Part shown: piece after piece, positions 25,399 through 32,000 of the stretch
How positions within the stretch are numbered: position 1 is the stretch's first letter
How the letters are laid out: every line of letters starts with the position of its first letter
Source of the DNA: Desulfocapsa sulfexigens DSM 10523
GTDB taxonomy: Bacteria; Desulfobacterota; Desulfobulbia; Desulfobulbales; Desulfocapsaceae
Assembly: GCF_000341395.1 (NCBI RefSeq)
Contig: NC_020304.1
Coordinates: 720,001-752,000, forward strand
Length of the DNA stretch: 32,000 nucleotides
Direction of reading: 5' to 3'
Position numbers and translations under genes: made by a program
Notes under the pieces: model-generated
Database searches by the model: none
What the model saw: only the letters and a program-made list of their open reading frames with translations
What the model was told of the DNA's origin: nothing

Positions 25399-26286
25399 TT
25401 ACTTACTGGGAAAGGAAAACCAGTCCGATCCCGAGACAGCTTGTGGTGGCTTTTTCAGATGCCTGAATGTGCCATTTTTCAGAAAATAAAGGGTTTCATC
25501 CTGCACATATTCCGAATTCATAATGAATGGATGTGTTTCATGAACTACCAGGAAATCACGCATCCCTTCCAGACGGGCATTCAGTACCGAGACCTTGCCA
25601 TCATCGGGGCCGGGAATAATTGAAGAGAGCCAGAAATCGAAGAAGATATAGCGATCCCCGGCAATAACCCCCACCGGATACTCTACGGGACCAAGCTGAT
25701 TAGGAAAAGACGCACTATCGGTGGTTAACTGCTGACCTGCTGGACCATTGATCCACCTGTAAAACCACCAGTCTTTAAGACTGTCCGCGACTGCACTGCC
25801 GTGATTTGGTGGGCTGAGCATTACGGCCCGTCCCATGTTGGCAGGCCTCTGCTCTTTCAATACAGCACGCAGGATAATACCACCGAGGGAATGGCTGACA
25901 AAGTGAATGGATGACGGCTGGAACTGCTGACACTGTTCCAGAGCTGCTGGAACGTTATCACTTACAATCTCTTCAATTGATAGCCTGGTAGAGGGATAAC
26001 CGAGATTGACGGTGTGATAACCAGCGACAACTAATCGTTCCTGCATCTCAGCCATGGAACGAAAAGTCCGCCCCATACCATGAACCAGAACCACACATTC
26101 ACCAAGGGCTGTAGCAGATGCCGGTTTCTGTATGGAAATGCCGGTCCTGCTGCACCCTGAAGCTATCATTACAGCAAAGAAAATCAGAGTGAGCCACCCT
26201 GACAGACAAGTTACCTGCGTGAAACAGGGATAAGAAAAATATACGTTAGCTGTTTTCATAGGGCTATAAGAGTACAGAACAGCCAT
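25399..26286 (-). CDS. Alpha/beta-fold hydrolase (lipase/esterase-like), probable lipoprotein
   Basis: Nucleophile elbow VSHSLGG (GxSxG) preceded by the VLVHGMG oxyanion block. Lipobox-like MIASGC. The start codon is uncertain (26286 or 26259). Confidence 0.7.
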   Translation of the reverse strand: MAVLYSYSPMKTANVYFSYPCFTQVTCLSGWLTLIFFAVMIASGCSRTGISIQKPASATALGECVVLVHGMGRTFRSMAEMQERLVVAGYHTVNLGYPSTRLSIEEIVSDNVPAALEQCQQFQPSSIHFVSHSLGGIILRAVLKEQRPANMGRAVMLSPPNHGSAVADSLKDWWFYRWINGPAGQQLTTDSASFPNQLGPVEYPVGVIAGDRYIFFDFWLSSIIPGPDDGKVSVLNARLEGMRDFLVVHETHPFIMNSEYVQDETLYFLKNGTFRHLKKPPQAVSGSDWFSFPSK

Positions 26287-26340
26287 TTTACCGTCAACTG
26301 CAATTCTTTTTTGCTTACATTAAAGGCAAGCAGTATTCAA

Positions 26341-27318
26341 TCACTTAGTCGCCTGAAACATATGCACATCCTGCTGTGGATATGGAAAGGAAATACCCTT
26401 TTCGTCAAAAGTCAGTTTTATACTTTCCGTGAGGTCAAAACGCACAGCGCCGTAATCCTCTGTCTTTACCCAGGGACGAACTATAAGGTTGACGCTTGAA
26501 TCCGCAAGTTCGGCCACTGCAACGGCTGGAGCCGGATCGGTAAGGATTCTGGAATCAGCCTTCACTAGATCTTCCAGGGTAGTTTTGGCCAGACGGATAT
26601 CATCATCATAGCCGATTCCCACAACCAGATCGATACGACGGGTATCTTCGGCATTAATATTTGTGATAACGCCGGAGATGATGCCGCTGTTAGGAACAAT
26701 AATCCTCTGATTATCAGGAGTTAAAATGATAGTACTGAAGATGTCAATCTGTTGCACCGTTCCGGTCACACCACCAGCCGTCACAGCATCATTCACCTTA
26801 AAGGGCTTAAACAGTATAAGCATTACCCCGGAAGCGAAATTGGACAGGGAATCTTTCAAAGCCAGACCAATGGCAAGACCCGCTGCACCGACTATGGCAA
26901 GAAAGGATGTTGTTTCTATACCAAGTTCTCCAGCTGCAGCAATAATAACGCCTGCAAGAAGTGCATAATAGATAAGCTTACAGAGAAAACGCCGCAGGGT
27001 TGGTTCAACATTTGCCCTCCTAAAAGCCTGTCTCGCCACATCTGTAATCCACCTGGCAACCCAGCGACCAACAACAAAAATTACCAGAGCCAGAAGGAGG
27101 TGTGGCCCATTTACCATACCCCAGTCTTTTAACATCTGTAAGGCCTGTACATAGGTGTCCGGATTTACGACATCGACTGCTACCTTGGGTGTTACCACAG
27201 CTTCTTTTGCCTGCCCAACTGGTGCTGGATCACCGGCTGCCATACCTGTAATTGACATTGAGAAACTCACTAAAACAAGGAACGCTATAGACACAGATCC
27301 TTTTAATATTTTGTTCAT
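26341..27318 (-). CDS. Small-conductance mechanosensitive channel (MscS family)
   Basis: MscS core: pore helix ...AGLAIGLALKDSLSNFASGVMLILFKPFKVND..., then the beta domain. I place the start at ATG 27318 (GGAGAGG SD 8 nt upstream, then the signal-like MNKILKGSVSIAFLVLV) rather than at the ORF-track start 27426. Confidence 0.85.
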   Translation of the reverse strand: MNKILKGSVSIAFLVLVSFSMSITGMAAGDPAPVGQAKEAVVTPKVAVDVVNPDTYVQALQMLKDWGMVNGPHLLLALVIFVVGRWVARWITDVARQAFRRANVEPTLRRFLCKLIYYALLAGVIIAAAGELGIETTSFLAIVGAAGLAIGLALKDSLSNFASGVMLILFKPFKVNDAVTAGGVTGTVQQIDIFSTIILTPDNQRIIVPNSGIISGVITNINAEDTRRIDLVVGIGYDDDIRLAKTTLEDLVKADSRILTDPAPAVAVAELADSSVNLIVRPWVKTEDYGAVRFDLTESIKLTFDEKGISFPYPQQDVHMFQATK

Positions 27319-27438
27319 TTCAAGAAACCTCTCCGTTGGTGTACAAGACAGTATAGATATTTTCTTATCCGCCATAAACCCATCACTGGGGGCTCTGCCG
27401 CGGCCGTCCAGGCCGCAGATACCCATATAATCAACACG

Positions 27439-27471
27439 AAAAAACTCCTCCTCAGGCGGGTAGGCTGAGGA
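27439..27471 (-). terminator. Probable terminator after the asparaginase-like gene
   Basis: Minus strand reads TCCTCAG-cctacccgc-CTGAGGA followed by GGAGTTTTTT. It lies 29 nt after the stop and inside the rejected N-terminal extension of the MscS ORF. Confidence 0.5.
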
Positions 27472-27499
27472 TTGTGGTAATCAGGTTAACTATTGTCTA

Positions 27500-28000
27500 T
27501 CAACCAGCTTTGTTATCTGTTTGTTCTTCAAACCTGTTCTTTTCTACATTCTTCCTGGCATGATCCGGCATAAATATGCAGCCATTCATTGCTATATACA
27601 CACCGGGTCCAAGCGTCTGAGCCGCAGTTACAGCACACCCTATGTTGAACACTGCATCACTGTCTCGAAATTGAGCCGGATACATCGAGCCAGTCATTAC
27701 GATCGTTTTATCTGAAATACCCTTAAGGACTTTTGCAGTAGCAATCATCGTATCAGTGCCGTGGGTGATAACAATCCTTTCAAATGAAGAAGACTCTACT
27801 TTTCTTCTTATCAGCTCACGATCTTCATCGGTAAAATCAAGACTGTCTTTTTTCATTATTGATTCAACCACGTAGTCCAGAACAACATTAGCTCGCTCCA
27901 AAACACCATTCGCCTGTGGATCTCCAACCTGATACTCTGACTTCTGGTCAAAGTACACCTTGTCGATAGTGCCACCTGTTGTATAAATTATAATTTTCAT
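27500..28000 (-). CDS. Asparaginase-family protein consisting of the N-terminal catalytic domain only
   Basis: Catalytic motifs TTGGTIDK (nucleophile Thr) and ITHGTDTM. The protein is 166 aa, whereas full type I/II enzymes are about twice this length. Confidence 0.75.
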   Translation of the reverse strand: MKIIIYTTGGTIDKVYFDQKSEYQVGDPQANGVLERANVVLDYVVESIMKKDSLDFTDEDRELIRRKVESSSFERIVITHGTDTMIATAKVLKGISDKTIVMTGSMYPAQFRDSDAVFNIGCAVTAAQTLGPGVYIAMNGCIFMPDHARKNVEKNRFEEQTDNKAG

Positions 28001-28153
28001 ATTTCAACTATCCATATTACATATTAATGGTTTTCGAATCATGTCGACTCACTAACACAAAATGTTAATATTGTTCAAGTACAGCTTTCCGCAACACCAA
28101 GACAGGTGCCCTGAAACCCAACGAAACAGAAGCCGTTGCAACGCCTCTTTGTT

Positions 28154-28918
28154 CTATAAACTGAGTAATGCACGAACAGTATTTGAGGTTTTTTCAGCAA
28201 TATGACTCACAGGAACATCACGCAACCGGGCAAGAGACAGGGCCACCTCGGTCAAATATTCAGGGCTGTTTCGTTCACCGTGATGAGAAGCAGGAGGAAT
28301 ATCGGGTGAATCGGTTTCGAGTACCAGAGAGTTCAAAGGAAGGGCTGCCGCAACAGATCGAATCCTGGTGGCACGATCGTAGGTGATGGTCCCACAGATA
28401 CTGACCAGAAAACCAAGTTTTATGTAATGCTCAGCCTGCTGGAGACTGCCGCTGAAGGCATGAACAATCCCGCCCTCCGTAAAATGTAACCGGCGGAGTG
28501 TGGCCTGCACCTGGTCATGGGCCTTACGTACATGAAGCAATACCGGTAGCGCTGCTTTAGAGGCGATGGCAAGCTGCGCTTCAAAAAGCTCCTGCTGCGC
28601 AGAACGATTGCAATCTTTCACAAAATAATCGAGGCCTATTTCACCTATGGCCACGAGATCTCCAGCAGATGCCCTCTGCTGCAACAGCTGCAAATCATCT
28701 CTGCCATGGTCGGACAAATACATGGGATGCAGACCGATGGCCGGGAAAAGATCCTGTTCCTCATCTGATAACTGGAGGATCCTGTTCCACCCACTGCGAG
28801 TGACCCCGGGAAGAACCTGAGCCACCACACCAGCCATGCGGGCACGATGAAGTACTTCCCGGAAATCATTCTTGAAGATGGGAAGGTCGATATGGCTGTG
28901 GGTGTCAATAAGCTCCAT
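28154..28918 (-). CDS. TatD-family metal-dependent hydrolase/DNase
   Basis: N-terminal IDTHSHID metal-binding motif. Further blocks AIGEIGLDY, LPVLLHVRKA, GIVHAFSG, LVLETDSP. 254 aa. Confidence 0.9.
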   Translation of the reverse strand: MELIDTHSHIDLPIFKNDFREVLHRARMAGVVAQVLPGVTRSGWNRILQLSDEEQDLFPAIGLHPMYLSDHGRDDLQLLQQRASAGDLVAIGEIGLDYFVKDCNRSAQQELFEAQLAIASKAALPVLLHVRKAHDQVQATLRRLHFTEGGIVHAFSGSLQQAEHYIKLGFLVSICGTITYDRATRIRSVAAALPLNSLVLETDSPDIPPASHHGERNSPEYLTEVALSLARLRDVPVSHIAEKTSNTVRALLSL

Positions 28919-28924
28919 TGTCTC

Positions 28925-29134
28925 TCAGCTCTGCTCTGCCACCACACTCCCCGGCCCGGCCAGGGGACGGAACATTTTCTTTCCTGCACCACAGCTCGGA
29001 CAATGCCAATCCTCTGGAAGATCGTCAAAGGATGTTCCTGGAGAAATTTTCCTCCTCTTATCCCCCCTGGCGGGATCATATACGTATCCACAATCAACGG
29101 TCTGACATTGATACATTTCTTCCGGTCTGGACAT
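28925..29134 (-). CDS. Rubredoxin (variant with C-x4-C in the first metal-binding knuckle)
   Basis: [14 protein letters not shown]...[20 protein letters not shown] lies 7 nt upstream of ATG 29134, so the ORF-track start at 29200 is probably an over-extension. The stop lies 6 nt before the TatD start. Confidence 0.85.
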   Translation of the reverse strand: MSRPEEMYQCQTVDCGYVYDPARGDKRRKISPGTSFDDLPEDWHCPSCGAGKKMFRPLAGPGSVVAEQS

Positions 29135-29279
29135 ACACACACTCCTTTTTCTGTTTTTTAGACAATCACACACCTTCATTGCAAAAGTGTCCCCTGACAT
29201 TTTTCTTCAAACAGGGTATCCTTTACCCTAGCAATTTACCTTATTTTTGAGAATACAAATTTAACCATTGGTGCAAATC

Positions 29280-29762
29280 ATGACTCCAGAAGATATGCGG
29301 CAAAAGGCAATGGACCTTTTCAGAAAACGGTTTCACTGAAGCCAGGCGATTCTGGCCGTGGGCCTGGAAAAAATAAACAAATACGACGAAAATGTGATTG
29401 CAGCCGTTGGTACATTTGGCGGTGGCATTGCCAGTTCCGGCTCTGTCTGCGGAACATTACTTGGTGCAGTAGCAGCAGTCTCTTCGCTTCACAGCAGAGG
29501 CAGCCTTGACGAAAAAGAGAACCCTCGAATGTGGGGTGTAAGCAATAAACTTATAAAACAATTTGATACGTTAACAGAACCCTATGGCGGACGAAATTGC
29601 CGTGATATTGCCCGGATCAACTGGTCAGACCGCGATGCTGTAAAAAACTACTACGGCAACCCGGAATCTACCAGAAAAGATTGTGTGCAACTTGTAGGTG
29701 ATCTTGCCTTTTTTCTTGGTACATTGCTGGAAAAGGAAATGGCACGATTGGAAGAAATATGA
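29280..29762 (+). CDS. C_GCAxxG_C_C family putative redox protein, probable selenoprotein (in-frame UGA at 29337-29339 read as Sec)
   Basis: The ORF track starts at GTG 29358, but the same frame is open from ATG 29280 except for one TGA. Read-through gives ...DLFRKRFH-U-SQAILAVG..., which restores the family's N-terminal xC[AS]Q[AS][IV]L motif. The remaining invariant residues are present (VCGTLLG, NCRDI, DCVQLV). The weakness is that there is no clear SD at 29280. Confidence 0.6.
29342..29367 (+). promoter_or_regulatory. SECIS-like hairpin immediately 3' of the UGA
   Basis: CCAGGC (29342-29347) pairs with GCCUGG (29362-29367). Alternatively GGCC (29354-29357) pairs with GGCC (29361-29364), giving a GUG apical loop that starts 19 nt after the UGA. 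Confidence 0.4.
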
Positions 29763-30259
29763 GTCCTGTTGAGATCATTCGCGGCGATATCACAACCCTT
29801 GAGGTGGATGCCATTGTAAATGCCGCCAACAATTCACTTTTGGGAGGTGGTGGAGTGGATGGCGCAATTCATCTGGCTGCAGGCCCTGAGCTTCTTAAAG
29901 AATGTGAAAAAATAGGTGGATGCCCCACGGGCGAGGCAAGAATTACCAAGGGCTACAACCTGCCAGCTCATTATATAATCCACACAGTCGGCCCGGTTTG
30001 GCAGGGAGGTGGTTATGGTGAATCCGCTTTACTTGCCTCCTGTTACCAGAATTGCTTACATCTTGCAAAAAGTAACAATCTCTCATCCATTGCTTTTCCA
30101 GCAATCAGTTGTGGCGTTTATGGCTATCCCCCTGATCAGGCCTGTGCCATCGCCATAAAAGAGACAAACAGCTTTCTTTCAGCAAGCAATACACCTTTTA
30201 CCATTCTTTTTTGCTGTTATAACGATACAATCGAAAGTGAATTCAACACACTCAGGTGA
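29759..30259 (+). CDS. Macro-domain protein (O-acetyl-ADP-ribose deacetylase / ADP-ribose binding, YmdB-like)
   Basis: DITTLEVDAIVNAANNSLLGGGGVDGAIH and AFPAISCGVYGYP motifs. ATGA overlap with the upstream gene. Confidence 0.9.
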   Translation: MSPVEIIRGDITTLEVDAIVNAANNSLLGGGGVDGAIHLAAGPELLKECEKIGGCPTGEARITKGYNLPAHYIIHTVGPVWQGGGYGESALLASCYQNCLHLAKSNNLSSIAFPAISCGVYGYPPDQACAIAIKETNSFLSASNTPFTILFCCYNDTIESEFNTLR

Positions 30260-30262
30260 CCA

Positions 30263-31765
30263 GTGCAGGAACAACCACAACCACAACAGCATCTAGCCGC
30301 AATCGATCTCGGCTCCAACAGTTTTCATATGGTTGTAGCCCGAATCGAAGACGGCCATATTCACATTCTTGACAACCTCAAGGAAATGGTACGCCTGGGA
30401 GCAGGACTCGACGAAAAGGGATGGTTATCAGAAGAATCCCGCAAGCGTGCCCTCTCCTGCCTTGAACGTTTCAGTGAACGTGTCAACGGTTTTCCCCCGG
30501 GAAGTGTGGCTGCCGTTGGCACAAAAACTCTGCGTCAGGCTAAGAATGCCCGTCTTTTTTTAGAAAGCGCCAATGAGATTTTAGGGCATCCCATCTCTGT
30601 GATTGCTGGAAAAGAAGAAGCCCGCCTCGTCTACCTGGGCGTCTCCCATTCCCTCGTTGCTGAAGATGGCAAACGATTTGTCATGGATATCGGTGGCGGC
30701 AGCACTGAGCTCATTATCGGTGAAGACTTCGAGCCACTTCTCCTGCGCAGCCTTGATATGGGCTGCGTAAGTATGAGCCGCAGATTTTTCGAGAACGGCA
30801 ATCTCAACAAAAAATGCTGGAAAAAAGCCGGGATCAAATCACACCTGTTACTGCGTCCGGTAAGACGCTATTTTCAGAAAGTCGACTGGAAATCTGCCAC
30901 GGGAGCATCTGGAACGATTAAAGCCGTTGCCAAAGTCGTGAATGAACTGGGGCTTGAATCCTATGCCATCACCCTGGACAGTATGTACGCCATACGGGAT
31001 AAAATGATAGAGGCCGGACACCTCGACAATCTGGATCTGCCTGGTTTAAAGAGTGACCGCAAACCTGTTTTTGCGGGAGGCCTTGCTATCCTGATTGCAA
31101 CCTTTGAAGCACTGAAAATTGAAACTATGCAGGTTTCTGATGGTGCCCTGCGTGAAGGCCTGCTGTATGAACGACTGGGTCGCATCCAGAGTGAGGACAC
31201 TCGCCTGAAAACCGTATCTAGTGTGCAACACCGTTTTCAAATCAGTACAAAACATGCAAGAAGAGTGAGCCTGACGGCACACCGTCTCCTGAGTGGCTGT
31301 GAAAAGGAATGGAACCTGAAACTGGAAGATGCCGAATCACTGCACTGGGCAAGCAGTTTACATGAAATCGGCCTCGCCGTTTCACTCAGTGGATATCAGA
31401 AACATGGCGCATACCTGCTGGTCAACGCTGACTTACCGGGGTTTTCTCTTGAAGAACAGGCCTGGATGAGTGTTCTGGTGCGTTGCCATCGAAAAAAAAT
31501 ATCAAAGAAGCTCTTCATGGATTTAGCTCCCGAGACCCAGCGGACAGCATTAAGACTGGTGGTGCTGCTTCGCCTGGCAACACTGCTGCATCGTTCCCGA
31601 AAAGAGAAAACAGCCGTTATTGAAAACATCATCGCAACCAAAAATGGCCTGACCCTTCAATTTGCAAAAAATGAGCTAGTCAAACATCCCCTGCAACTTG
31701 CCAGTCTTAAACAGGAGGCAAAATATCTGCAGAATGTTGATTTTGAACTCAAATTTTCTTCATGA
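30263..31765 (+). CDS. ppx: Exopolyphosphatase / guanosine pentaphosphate phosphohydrolase (Ppx/GppA family)
   Basis: AAIDLGSNSFHMVVAR phosphate-1 motif, DIGGGSTEL, and a C-terminal HD-like region (LHEIGLAVS). GTG start. 500 aa. I cannot separate Ppx from GppA by eye. Confidence 0.88.
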   Translation: MQEQPQPQQHLAAIDLGSNSFHMVVARIEDGHIHILDNLKEMVRLGAGLDEKGWLSEESRKRALSCLERFSERVNGFPPGSVAAVGTKTLRQAKNARLFLESANEILGHPISVIAGKEEARLVYLGVSHSLVAEDGKRFVMDIGGGSTELIIGEDFEPLLLRSLDMGCVSMSRRFFENGNLNKKCWKKAGIKSHLLLRPVRRYFQKVDWKSATGASGTIKAVAKVVNELGLESYAITLDSMYAIRDKMIEAGHLDNLDLPGLKSDRKPVFAGGLAILIATFEALKIETMQVSDGALREGLLYERLGRIQSEDTRLKTVSSVQHRFQISTKHARRVSLTAHRLLSGCEKEWNLKLEDAESLHWASSLHEIGLAVSLSGYQKHGAYLLVNADLPGFSLEEQAWMSVLVRCHRKKISKKLFMDLAPETQRTALRLVVLLRLATLLHRSRKEKTAVIENIIATKNGLTLQFAKNELVKHPLQLASLKQEAKYLQNVDFELKFSS

Positions 31766-31981
31766 AAAAAATCGTCCAAGACGGTTAAGAACAGTACAGG
31801 GCATCTCGAAAATCGTTGTCACTATCCCCCCTTTACCACGCCCCTCGGTGCCACTCAGCTTGAAATCTGAGTGAAACTTTTTGCCACATGAGGGGCAGAC
31901 CATAACCAATCCACCAACATTCGTAGGAAACCTGAGTTTCTGGCCACATCCCGGACATTTTTTTTCAATACAATCGGACAT
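31760..31981 (-). CDS. Small zinc-ribbon protein
   Basis: Two CxxC knuckles (CPGCGQKLRFP ... CPSCGKKF). 73 aa. Its 3' end overlaps the ppx stop by 6 nt in convergent orientation. No family assignment. Confidence 0.45.
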   Translation of the reverse strand: MSDCIEKKCPGCGQKLRFPTNVGGLVMVCPSCGKKFHSDFKLSGTEGRGKGGIVTTIFEMPCTVLNRLGRFFS

Positions 31982-32000
31982 AATTAAACCTGCACCATCC

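Noticed and set aside
26287-26340. Hairpin GCTTAC-attaaag-GCAAGC after the MscS gene
   Set aside because: On the transcribed (minus) strand it is followed by an A-run, not a U-run. The stem is 6 bp including a wobble pair, so it is not a convincing terminator.
27319-27426. N-terminal 36-codon extension of the MscS ORF
   Set aside because: It has no SD and overlaps a terminator-like hairpin. A much better start is available at 27318.
28029-28041. GGTTTTCGAATCA resembling a tRNA T-arm
   Set aside because: No acceptor, D or anticodon arms can be built around it, and the T-loop consensus (GGTTCGAATCC) is broken.
28645-29250. Overlapping ORFs around the TatD/rubredoxin junction (28645..29142 -, 28847..29161 +, 28872..29105 +, 28918..29250 +) and the 29135..29200 extension of the rubredoxin ORF
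   Set aside because: They lie in alternative frames or antisense to the rubredoxin and TatD CDSs, and none has a recognisable motif. The rubredoxin extension lacks an SD, whereas ATG 29134 has AAGGAG at -7.

Overview
32-kb chromosomal window with 27 supported protein-coding genes. I found no rRNA or tRNA genes, no transposase or integrase, and no CRISPR array. The gene content includes a sigma-54 enhancer-binding regulator, GAF/PAS sensor kinases, a molybdopterin oxidoreductase, a NapH-like FeS membrane protein, rubredoxin, a secreted rhodanese and an apparent selenoprotein. This suggests an anaerobic, possibly sulfur-cycling deltaproteobacterium-like genome, but the taxon is inference only. 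Layout: (i) 1-3908, plus strand: 3' end of an MCP gene, rhodanese, and an acyltransferase-3 gene coupled to an APH-like kinase gene. (ii) 3920-20087, minus strand: a three-gene regulatory operon (PEP-utilising dikinase-like protein, dual-specificity phosphatase, NtrC-type activator). It is followed by a 427-nt spacer with a UAS / IHF / -24/-12 sigma-54 promoter and then an eight-gene operon. That operon encodes a small membrane protein, a sensor kinase, a CheY-like receiver, a TorD-molybdopterin oxidoreductase fusion, a catalytic-domain-less GAF-GAF-PAS-HisKA protein, a TauE/SafE permease with a large periplasmic domain, an unknown membrane protein and a NapH-like 4Fe-4S membrane protein. (iii) 20402-32000: mostly housekeeping genes (tgt, yajC, AsmA-like, hydrolase, MscS, asparaginase-like, TatD, rubredoxin, macro domain, Ppx/GppA). 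The most interesting calls are four. First, the sigma-54-controlled molybdoenzyme/membrane system does not match any canonical operon architecture I know. Second, a dikinase and phosphatase are co-transcribed with its activator. Third, an in-frame UGA with a SECIS-like hairpin sits at the first conserved Cys position of a C_GCAxxG_C_C family gene, so it is a probable selenoprotein. Fourth, the only two 9-nt G/C homopolymers in the window lie inside the oxidoreductase and dikinase genes. All functional assignments come from motifs read by eye; no database search was possible.
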